64,000 nucleotides of DNA from Tubulanus polymorphus (taxonomy: Eukaryota; Animalia; Nemertea). The DNA lies in NCBI RefSeq assembly GCF_964204645.1, contig NC_134030.1:12483947-12547946 (forward strand), written 5' to 3'. A model generated the notes under the pieces. That model was not told the DNA's origin. It searched no databases and was given only the letters and a program-made list of their open reading frames with translations. Within the stretch, counting starts at the first letter, position 1, and each line of letters opens with the position of its first letter. Shown in pieces: positions 41,301 to 53,300 of this stretch. The position numbers were made by a program, and so were the translations under genes.

Positions 41301-44300
41301 CAGGAAGCCTTAATCTCTCCGGCTCTCAAGGAATTGGCCGAGAAGGGAGCGATAGAACCAGTTTGCAACGAAACTTCTCCCGGCTGGTTTTCTCGAATAT
41401 TCATGGTACCAAAGGCCACAGGGGGTCAACGGACAGTGATAGATCTGTCATCCCTCAATCGGCACCTAGACATTCCAAGGTTCCGGATGACCAAGCCCAA
41501 GGACGTGATTCAAGGGCTCCGTCCGGGTCAATGGGCGGCTTCATTGGACCTGAAAGATGCTTACTTTCAGGTTCCAATTCACCCAAAATCTCGGCGATTT
41601 CTCAGGATAAAGTGGAAAGGCCGCCAGTTCCAATTCAGGTCTCTTCCATTTGGCCTCAGTACGGCCCCGTGGGTTTTCACCAAGTTGGTCAAGTCAGTTC
41701 AGAAGGTACTTCAGTCAAGGGGTGTTCGACTGTTCGTTTACCTCGACGACTGGTTAATAGTCGCGAATTCAGCTCAGGAATGTCGGGAGGCAATGACCTC
41801 AGTCTTGGACTTAGTCCATCAGCTAGGGTTCCGCGTAAACAGGGAAAAATCTTAGTTGACGCCGGCCCAACAGTTCACTTATCTCGGCATGGACTTCGAT
41901 CTCCGAATCGGCAAAGTCTTTCCGTCTATGGTTCGAGTGGCCAAACTTCAAGAAGCTGTAGCGGGAGTGTCCACAACCCCGAGAACAGCTCGTTACTGGT
42001 CACGGCTTCTAGGCTCCATCAGCTCCATGGGTCTGGTGGTGCCATTAGGCCGCCTCAGAAGCAGGCGCTTGCAACAATATTGGAAGGTCTTCTGGTCTCA
42101 GTCGAAGGGCAACTGGGAGGCCTTGATTCCCGTACGTCCAACCGATCTAAGTCCGGATCTTCAGTGGTGGGCAACTACGAATCTTCGGCTCGGGGTGTCA
42201 CTAGCCCCGTTAGAGGCTCCAGTTCGTGTATTCACGGATGCCAGTCACCAAGGATGGGGGGCACATCTGGAGAACCGAGTCAAAGCCGGGAGATGGTCTC
42301 GCTACGAGGCCACCAACCACATAAATTTCCTAGAAATGCTGGCTGTGTGGAAGGCCCTGAAGTTCTTTCACAGGAGAGTGGAGGGCCACCACATTTGGTT
42401 AGCCACAGACAATTCAACAGTGAGGGCTTACCTTCAGAACCAAGGGGGCACTCACTCAGAAACCCTCACAGGTCTGTCGGCCAAAATTCTTCTTTGGTGC
42501 CAGACAAAGTGCGTGTCCCTGATTGTGGCACATTTAGCAGGGAAAAGGAACGTGATGGCCGATGCTCTGTCTCGTCGAGGTCAGGCTATTGCGACAGAAT
42601 GGGTTCTCCACCAAGAAGTAGCCGATCGGGTTCGGGGCATTTTTGGCAATCCGCTGCTGGATCTGTTTGCCACCTGGTTCAATCGGAGGTGTCCTCTGTT
42701 TGTGTCCCCGTTTCCAGACGCGGAAGCGTGGGGGGTTGATGCCTTCTCTCTGGACTGGTCGGGGATGCATGCGTATGCGTTCCCGCCCACACCAGTCCTG
42801 CCGCGCTTACTGGATCAAATAGAGAGATCAGTCAATTGCAACATAGTTCTGGTAGCACCATGATGGCCGGCTCAGAAATGGTTCCTACCACTTCTCAACC
42901 TATTGTGCGACAACCCCAGGATTCTTCCGAATTTCCCATCGCTTCTGTCTCAGGGGAACTTTCGGCATCATCCAAACAGCCAGTGGTTAAATCTGCTCGC
43001 CTGGCCATTGTCCAGCGATCCTTGTCAGCTTCAGGCTTTTCAGAACAGGCTGCCTCCTTTATCGCAGGATCTAAGCGGCCATCAACAAGTACCATTTACG
43101 ATGCCAAATGGAGTCATTTTGCGGATTGGTGTGCTGCAGGGGAAATTGATCCATGCTCACCCTCTGTAGCTCAATCGGCAGATTTTTTACTGCACCTATT
43201 TGTAGTAAAAGGTTTGCAGGTCATAACTATTAAAGGTTACCGCTCCGCGATTTCTCATACATTGCGTGCTTCTGGATGGCGAAATGTAGGGGATCATCGG
43301 ATATCCCAGCTGGTTGCAGGGTTTTCTATTTCCCGGCCTCGGGTAACAAGGACAGTTCCACCATGGGATCTGTCTGTAATTTTGAAGAAGTTAATGGAGG
43401 CTCCATTTGAACCTCTTTCGGCAGCGTCATTTGCAAATTTGTCAAAAAAGACTGTATTTTTGCTGTTCTTGGCTTGCTCGGCCCGTCGCTCGGAGATTCA
43501 TGCGCTTTCAGTCCGACAATGTCATATTGTCTTTTGGCCAGCGAATGAATTTGTTTCGCTGCGGCCTGCTTTGGAATTTTTGGCAAAGAACCAACGACCA
43601 GGCTCGGTTGGGCGTCAATGGCGAATTGAAGCCCTAAAACATCGAGTGGAACCGGGCATCCCGGACAGGACTTTATGTCCTGTGCGGGCGTTGTGTTTCT
43701 ATTTAGATCGCTCTGCTTCACGGAGGGATTCACGGGAGCAGTTATTTATTCCGCTGCTGGATCACCTAAAGGGGGATATTTTGGCGGGACGCAGTGGCCC
43801 GATGGGTCTCTTCACTGATCAAGGACATTTTATTGAAGGAGAATCTTTCCTCGGAGGGAGTGGTTTCTCATCAAGTGAGGTCTATGGCTACTTCCTGCGC
43901 AGCCTTTTCAGGTGCTCCGTTGGAGGAAGTCTGTCGGGCCGCCTTTTGGAATTCACCGTCGACATTCACGTCATTTTATTTACGGGATGTTTCAGGCCAG
44001 TTAGGCTCATTAGCTTCACTTGGTCCTGTTGTCATGGCTCAAGGTGTCCGTTCTTTCCGATCGGACCCTTTAGTGTAGAATATTTATGTTGCATTATCAG
44101 GATCACAGGGGGTGTATCCTTGTACATAGTTTGGGCTCATATCTGCAAGTATTAATTTTGCAAAATTCTGGGGGGGGGGGGGCCCCTGAGCTGGACGGAC
44201 TCACTGTGGCCAACCGGTCTTCCCTGTGCTACAGTGCTCCATTCCGTGCTTGGGTAAGTGCTCTCTTTTTCCCTCTTACCTTGCGTTTGAGTGTTGGTTT

Positions 44301-47300
44301 TTCTATCTACCTTTCCCACCATCCTTGTGCTAGGCTAGTCTAGCAAAAACCATAGGAAAGGGTACAGTACTCGACGGAAATATTACAATTTTTGGAACTA
44401 AAATTTGTATTTCCGAGTAGTACTTACCCTTTCCTATGGTGGGAATCCCGCCCACCTGCCCCGCATAGCTGTTTTTTTTTGGTCTTCTATGACGTAAAAA
44501 GATGGCGGATTTCGCCGGTGGCTAAATGCAATACCGCAGGGCCGGGTCGTATAGAAAAACCATTGGCGATAAATCCAAATTTAGAAAATATTGGCAAAAA
44601 CCATAGGAAAGGGTAAGTACTACTCGGAAATACAAATTTTAGTTCCAAAAATTGTAATTTTTACACGCATAACATGTGTGATTTTTTCGTAAGGTATTCC
44701 TTTGTTTATTCTATTCTCTATCGCCATCATCTTAGTTGTGTCGGTCCATGTTTGAAAGCAGTCATCATAGGATTACCACTATAGTTTGATAGTGTACTAT
44801 GTACTCAATGCCCTGTATTTAGAGATACCGGTATGCAATTTTTCAATCCACATAATTAACTAAGCTTAGTGACATTTCCTGTTCATCGTCATTAGGTGTC
44901 TTTGTGGGATTTTTTTCCATTTCCGCGTTGGTTTCCTGTAATATTGTTGTTTTTCTTTATAGGGCTCAACATTGCAAAAATTGCCAATAACGGACCCACA
45001 TGAATTGAAATTTCATGTCGATGAAAGAATACTGAAATCTATTAATGAAGTATCAAAATTATACAATGAAAGGGTAAATTTATTTATTTTGGATTGTCTT
45101 GTCAATCTTGATGTCAATTTATACATAATTCAATATTTCTATCAGGTTAGTGATCCTGAGGTTATGGTTCATAATTTCAATGCTTTTGGAAAGAACAAGC
45201 TTAAATCTATGAAGATGCACCCTGATTACTTCATCCAGGTTGTCTTACAAGTGGCATATTATGCTCTGTATGGAAAGTAAGTAATAAATGATGTATTGGT
45301 TATGTAAATCAATGAAAATCCCATAATTGACAGACCCTTCAACCTTTGAAAATCAATTTCTGGAATGAAATTACGATTATCAGGAAAATTGATCTTTTTG
45401 GAATGTTAACCAAAAATAAGTTTTTATTGTATATACTATCTTGCAATATACAAAGATACAATACTGACCAAGTTGAGCAACGAACAGTTAAACTGCATGA
45501 TGAATAAACCAGGTACTGGGTTTTTCCCAGTGACCTACAGGTTGTGTTATCATTAGACACGTATACAACATACAGGACCGAGAAATCTATACGATGTTCA
45601 TTCTACATGAATGCATGAATTTGAATGCTGAACGATTCATTTGCAATGCACTTGTCAGTGGATTGACAGTCGATCTTTAAAATACATGTAAATGTCAGCT
45701 ATACTATCATCTGACAGTTAATAATTCATATTGAATTGACTATGCAGACCAACCTAGAGTTTGCTAGCATAGTCATGACTTAAGTCAACCAAATTGTGAA
45801 GCGACAGAATGACAGACCGACAAGTCGACACTCAACCAAACAATGGCCATGTGATGTCTTTAAACGAAATTCTTTGTATATTTTGATAATTTTATGCTAT
45901 TTACACTGTTAAAATCCGAAATACACTGTTTCAGACCTGCTCCAACCTATGAGACCGCTACAACAAGAGCTTACTACCTGGGAAGGACAGAAACAGTGCG
46001 TACATGTACAGTTGAAAGCGTCGAGTTTGCTAAAAGTATGGTTAACAATGATATATCTGTAAGTACATGGAAAAAATTGGTGACTTGTTTAAGCGCCCTA
46101 GTAAGATAAACATGAACAACTTAACAACAAAATAAACAGCAAATTATATGCCAAATTGTGAATTTTGGCATTCATTTTGTATCAGTAATTATGTCTCTGT
46201 GGGGGGAGATTTTAAAATAGCTTTTTGATGGATTTCAATGAAACTTAACTTCAGAATAGGGGCAGGTAAGCTGTTCACCCCTAATAAAATTGGAGGCCAT
46301 TGGCCATCAAACATGTCATTGATCATCTTTATGGATCTTCATGAAACTCAGTGTGAGGATTGTGGTAGGTTTGATGTCCACCCCTATTGAAAATAGAGAA
46401 TTTTGGCCATTAAATATGGCCGCCCGGGCGGCCATCTTGAAATTTTGTAAGCGCGATACAGCCTATAATTCCAGGGGAATTATCACAAAAGTTAATGAGT
46501 GGGTTTGGCTGGCTGATTGAGTGAGATGTCCACCCCTATTGAAAATGGAGGTCATCAGCTATCAAAAATGGCCACCACAGTGGCCATCTTGAATTTCTTG
46601 TTATCACAATACAGCCCACAATTCTTGATGGATTTTAACCCCACTTGGGACTTTAGTCCCAGCAGGCTATTGCGTTCACTTTTCGTCCGTCGTCCGTCCG
46701 TCCGTAGACGGAATCCAGTTATTTTGGGAAGTTTTGAAGACGCTTCAAGATAATGTCTTGATATTTGGGTTACACATGTATCTACCCTAGACACATCTTC
46801 AGCCCAAAAACTGGCCCTGTCAGATTCAAGATGGCCGACTGGCAGCCATTGTTGTTCGCCAAAATCAGCTCTTTTTACACATTTTTGAACTTTTTGAGGG
46901 AAATTTTGAAGACGCTTTGATCAATTACCTTGATCTTTCGGATATATGTGAATTCCCCCAGGGCCCATCAGCATAACAAAAATTGAATCGATCGGACTCA
47001 AGAGGGCCGTCCTATGACCTTTTTAGTGCCCAAAAATGTTAATTTTGTCCCAAATTCTGAGTCCTGTAGCTTCCTACTGGTTTATCATTTCTCATTGCAA
47101 TTTGTGATGGGTATTCTTTGGAAAGGGATGTTTTATACCTGAGACAGGTATTTTTCATCAGCCAATTATGACGCAATTGGCGACCATCTTGGTGTCACCA
47201 GTACTCATTCGTAAGTGGGAAAAAGTTTTTCCACATTATATTGATACCTAAGCGTATTTTGCTACCACAATCAATTAGAAAGTTGTAGCTCATAACGTGT

Positions 47301-50300
47301 TCTATGATTGTGGTGAGTTTCAAGGTCATTGGTTTTTGTATATGGCCACCAGGGGGCGTTGAATAATGCAATATCTTAGTATTTCTATATTATATTCGTA
47401 TCAATGCATATTTTGTAACCACAATCAATTGCAAAGGTGTAGCTCATGACATCATCTATGATTGTGGCAAGTTTTAAGGCCATTAGTTATTCTATATGGT
47501 CACCAGGGGGCGTTGAATAGTAGAATAACTTAGTATTACCTTATTATATTGGTACCTAGGCATATTTTGTTACCATGATCAATTAAAAAGTTATAGTTCG
47601 TGACATGTTCTATGATTGTGGTGAGTTTCAAGGTCATTGGGTTTTGAATATGGTCACCAGGGGGTGTTGAATAGTAGAATAACTTAGTATTTCCATATTA
47701 AAGTGGTAACGAGGCATATTTTGTTATCACAATCAATTACAAAATCGTAGCTGCTGACATGTTCTATGATTGTGGTGAGTTTCAAGGTCATTGGATTCTG
47801 TATATGGTCACCAGGGGGCGTTGAATATTGAAACTGTTAGATTGTTGAGCATTTGGAACCACTTCCCAAGTGGGCATGGTGTCCCTGGACCCCTAGTTAT
47901 AAGAATGAGTAAGATGTCCATCCCTATTCAAAATAGAGGTTATTGTCCATCAAATATGGCTACAATGATCTTGCATTTCATGTTAGGGCAATATATCCTA
48001 TAATTCATTATGGATTTTCATGAAACCAGGGTGGCAATCTTGAATTTCTTGAGGGATTTTCACCTTATTCAGCGTGAGGATTGGGGTAGGTGAGATTTCC
48101 ACCCTTTTCCAAATAGAGGTTATCAGCCATCAAATATGCCCGCCTAGGCAGCTGTCTTGAATTTCTTGTAAGTGCGATACAGCCTATAATTTTTTTATGG
48201 ATTTTCATGATATATTGGGAGTGGGTTTGGCCTCGTGAGATATGCCCCCTATTGAAAATGGAGGTCATCGGCCATCAAATATGGCTGCAAGGGTGGCCAA
48301 CTTGAATTTTCTTGTTAGCAAGATACAGCCTATGATTCTTGATGGATTTATATGAAACTTGATGTGATAATTGAGGCGGGTAAGCTGTCCATCCCTATCA
48401 AAAATCGAGATCATCGGCCATAAAATATGGCCACCAGATCAGCCATCTTGAATTATTTGATGGATATCCATGAAACTTGATGTGAAAGTAAAGTAAAGTT
48501 TATGTGTGTTCGACTTGAATCAATAATTCTTACCAACTCAATGAACAATTAAGTAAACTCTCCTGTTTATGAAGTATGCAATATGTTTGTTACCTGTTTT
48601 CAATTTCTTGGCCTTTTACTGTTTGCTTACCCTGGGGAGATATACGTGGAATAGCCACATTCTAGTTAGATATATTTCATTCGTCTTATTTCCTGTTTGA
48701 TAAATTTTCATGTCGTTTTCGATAAAGTTTTAATGGCTATGCCTATGTCATCAATATTGGCTAGCTGATTGGTTAGACTGGTTGCCGGTCAAATCAATTC
48801 AATTGTCGATATATTCAAATCTGAAATAAGTTTATTGATACTATTGTATGATTGTATTCATTGTCATTCATATAAGCAGTCTATATGTGTTATTCTTCTT
48901 CAAGGTGTGAAAAAACTTTTAAGTTTTCTTGTTATATCTAGGTTAATGAGAAGTATGAATTATTACAGAAGGCAATGAAAACATTGCACAGATTGATGAC
49001 AGAGGGCCAACAGAATAAAGGTACAGTAAGCATGAAATTTTGGAAACCCATTCCCTATCAAAACATTTTCAATTTTCAGGGGTGCAGGAATGGGAGTGGC
49101 TAATTTACAGTGACTTTTTGCTAATTTACATTTGGAACCCCCTCAAGATAGGGCCCTGGATCCACCCCTGACTGCGTGTATGTATCTGTAAAAGTAAACG
49201 CGCGCCACAACGATTAGTCAGTGAAGATGTAAGCTTGAGTCACATTGTTTTAAGCTTAGTCTACTTATGCCTGCCTACTTAAAACAATTCAATCATGAAA
49301 CTTTAAAAAAAACCATGTCAGTCCATAAACTCAATTTTTGTCGATGCGACAATCCAGAGCGCCTGCGCGTATATCCAAACAAGCACCGAAGGTGCAATGT
49401 CTAGAAGGGAGGTTTGGGGGCCCTTCACCATGAAAATTTTGAATATTAAAACGTCTGAGATGTGTTCTGGTGGCCATGGTCTAAATTTCCCTCAAACAGT
49501 TCAAAAATGTGTAAAAAGTGCTGATATTTGCGAAAAACAATGGCTGCCAGTCGGCCATCTTGATTCTGACAGGGCCAGTTTTTGGGCTGAAGATGTGTCT
49601 AGGGTAGATACATGTGTAACCCAAATATCAAAACATTACATTGAAGCGTCTTCAAAACTTCCCATTGCGTCTACGGATGAACGGATGGACGGATGACGGA
49701 CGAAAAGTGAACGCAATAGCTGGCTGGGACTTAAGTCCCTAGTGGGCTAAAAAGTTTGCTGAATTCAGTTACTTAGATTCTGTGAGATCAGGTGCATGGT
49801 CCAGATGTCATACTGTAACACCATGAACAAAACTCGCTGGAGTCACTGGGCGGAAACGCCTCTGAACGAAATACTGTTGCACCACTGACATCTTCAACAA
49901 CTTGATAGCCTACCCCCCATGTAAACACAGAATAACGTTTATTATAATGTTTTAGCATAATGGGGTTTTCAATTATTGGTGTGACATACGTCACAGTTGT
50001 CGCACTGGTGGCTACGCCCCTGCTTCAGTAGAAGTATCCTCTAAATATCGATTCCGATAGCCCAAAAACCATTAAAAAGGTGGACAAAAGATATGAACAC
50101 AATCACCTATTGTTCTGTATTTCTTCCAAGAGAGGGCAGCACCCTCCAGTTTCAATATAGAAGACAACTGATGGACATATTCCATCACACCACCCCCTTC
50201 AACTTGTTCAAACTCCTTTTTGAACAGGAATGTATAGTCAAAATATTTACGAATTTTAACAATGACATAGTCCTTAATATACAATGTTAAGCTCCAGACG

Positions 50301-53300
50301 GTAGACATCTACACTGGTCATTTTGTTTCGCATTCGAGGTGCAATCTCAGTGACTCAGGATATACGCAGCTGTCGATCTTGGTGACTAATCACTGGTGGT
50401 TTGTGGGTCGTTTTTAAAAATATCTATACCATTGAAAGGTATATACGGCCAATGGACGCTACACGTTCCTCATCCTAGAGAGCTAAAAATATAATCCCAA
50501 GAAAACGGAAAGAAACTGTTCCCAATGGGGTGTGCTACATCTGGGGGGGGGGGGCCCGTGTGGTAGTGTAGACTGAATGGCTTTTTCAGTAACATTACAA
50601 AGAATAAGCGACCCAAGGTTTTTTGTGGAAAAGGGGGACAGAAGGGTGCTTGCTCTTGAGTAGCGCCATAACATCTGCAAACTCCTCTGTCGTCCTGCCA
50701 TAGTCGCTGGCATGGTTCATACCATGCGTGACCACAATCGCTCTAGCCCTAAAGGATACATGTGGGAGGTGCTCCAATAAATCACTGAGTCGTTCCCCAG
50801 AGTGACAAATGGGAATCAGACTGCCACTGGCCTTCAGCCCCGTAAACATTGAATCTCCAAGCAACACGATTGGTAGGTTCTTGACTGCCCTCTGCTTCAA
50901 GTCTCAAAGTTTCAGCCAGAGGTGTGACGAGTCGCCACCACATTCGGTCAGGGCTTTTACTAGTGCCTGGCTGATGTGCTCAAATGCTGCTATACTCATC
51001 TTCGGCCGAAAACGTCTGGTCTTGGTTGTCTTGAGACTACCGCACCGGTAACTATCTGTCCAGGATCCTCCATGAACGACTGTTCTACGGTATAAAGTTA
51101 TAAAGTCTGCCCATTTTTGCTCTTAATTCGCTAAGGGTTGCGTCCTGTCGATGGAGGGGAGCAACAAACTTCTTTCGAGACCTGCCGTTTAAGGGTCTGT
51201 GTCTCCTCGTGGAGGCTAGATAACTGGTCTCGTTTGATACAGTCCATACTAGAAATGATAAATAGTTCAACACATGAGTTGGCTGTAACATGACTAAATG
51301 GCGGGAATTTCATTCATTCAGATACCACCCGAATCATGCAAGGCGGGTGGCCCCAAGCATACCATCGGAAGGTGCAAGGGGGTCTGAAATTCTAGTCACC
51401 ACCAGTTACAAATGATATTAAACTGTTTACTAAAACAGATAGGATTTATAGGATTTAACCCTTTGATTTAAGGTACCGGCCCATTTCTAACCAGTAGCCT
51501 TTCCTCATGTTTATCCGGGACCGAACTTCGCGACATTTCTGTCAATTTTGGATCAGTTCTATATCAAAAATGTTTCTCTGTTCTATCTTGTCCAAGGCGA
51601 CTGAAGGTCCTATAGCTGTGTTTGGATCCACCAAAGGGTCTGAGGCCATTTTGGTTGGCTAGCGGATCATCATTGTTGATTGTACATGAATTTGTGAACC
51701 AACTAGGGCGCCTGATTCCTACTCTGAGCCTTAGTCATCTGTGCCCATCAGTGTTTGCCTGCCTGTAATGTTCAAAGGCCCAGACTCGGGGCGGTTTTGA
51801 GTAGGAGGCTCGCAATGGTTTTGGGTAGGGCCTTGTTACAAGAGTTTCTTGAATAATCGCCGTTGTTTCAGGCTTTGCCCGAGAACAGACACCGTCTTTA
51901 TCTTCCTTCCCCTTATGTCGTTGAGAGTTGGTCGCTCCTCGGGTACGGTCATTTTTACCGTTTCCTCTCTAGGTTTTTCATGACCTACAGTCATGGTCTC
52001 ACTAGACAGGAAGCACGGTTTCATATCATTGATGTGCACAACCCGCTTTCTCTTCACCACCCTCGAATCAGCGCCTGGTTCCAGGACAACCCTGTAGTTT
52101 ACCTCCCATAGCCTCTCGGTCACGACGTAAGGCCCGTTCCATATCCGGTGGAACTTAGGTGCCTCGTCCTTCCTCAAGAAGTGGTTCATCAGCCATACAA
52201 GATCCCTGACCTTGTAACCCCAGGTTTTGTGAAACGGTCATAGTCCATTTTCTGATGCCTTTGTGCAATCACTAGTCGATCATGAACAATGTTGCGTGAC
52301 TTAGTGAGGCGGTCAGAGAGGGCCATACCATACTTGGTCCTTGGTTGGTGGTCGTCAGGCAAGCCTACGCTGATGTGGATGGGTAGTGACATTTCCTCGA
52401 CGTACATCAAGTATATGATGTTTCAAGCGTGGAGTGCTGGACGCTTGAACAAAATGCCATCAAACGCGCAGGGAATTCTTCGTCCCAGTTAGTTCCACAC
52501 TCATTGATGGCTGTAGTCAGCATGGCTTTCAGGGACTTATTGAAATTGGGTACGCTGTCAAATCGCCTTGATGTTTCGCAGTCACCTGGTGTATAGATGG
52601 ACCAGTGTCACCACAAGTTGGGCAGTCCCCATGTTTCCTTTGTCTCTAAAGAATAATTTTTGAATTACGCAGTAGGACGACACTTGAATACCTGGTATTC
52701 AAATTTTCCGATCAATGTGGCAGGTGTCTGGGTCTACATGCATTTCATAAATGAACGTCCTTTTTTAAAGTTTCTATCTAGTTGAAGGTTTGTAGCCACT
52801 TGGTCTTTGCAAACTTTGAACTTCCTGCCTAGTAAATGGTGGCGGAAGTGATCGATCATATCAACCAAGGCCAACATTTCGCACCTGGTGGCACAGTAGT
52901 TCTCCTCACCACCGTTCAGGGCGTGGCTACTGAACTCGATCATTCTCTCAGAACCATCCTGTTGTAACTGTGACAGCACCCCTCCGATAGCCCAGTTAGT
53001 GGCGTCACAGTCTAAGTTGAACTCACCAGCACTCTCTGAGAAATCTGGGAATGCCAGCATAGGGGAGCTGGTTAATCTTTTCTTTAGTTCCTCGAATGCT
53101 AGTTGTTGTTTGGGCATCCAGACAAATGGTTCTTTTTTCATCGTAAGGTGGTGTACGGTGAGGCTGTCATTTCGGCGAAACCATTAATAAACTGCAAGTA
53201 ATATGTTACGAGACCGAGGAAACTACGCAATTCCGTGACTGATGTTGGGGTCGGCCAGTCTCTGACTATCGCATTTGGCACTGTCGGTTTCAACACCGGC

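Larger units (their letters stand above)
39660..44660 (+). mobile_element. DIRS1-like tyrosine-recombinase retrotransposon, 5'-truncated and decayed, in CROT intron 8
   Basis: GC-rich island with gag-like, RT, RNase H, methyltransferase-like and YR coding regions; 3' ICR and ITR present; ends in ttt; left ITR absent. Confidence 0.93.
36511..44695. mobile_element. CACATGTG-rich TIR element, expanded to 8.2 kb by nested insertions
   Basis: TIR ccttac(a/g)aaaaaatcacacatgt; attc flanks; cacatgtg arrays at about 36525-36600, 37470-37640, 39545-39660 and 44670-44685. Confidence 0.55.

Noticed and set aside
41853-41855. Programmed readthrough of TAG between the RT halves
   Set aside because: More simply a CAG-to-TAG mutation; the copy has another stop, frameshifts and a 5' truncation
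41009-42739. Novel standalone 576-aa gene
   Set aside because: It is the overlapping upstream part of the DIRS YR reading frame
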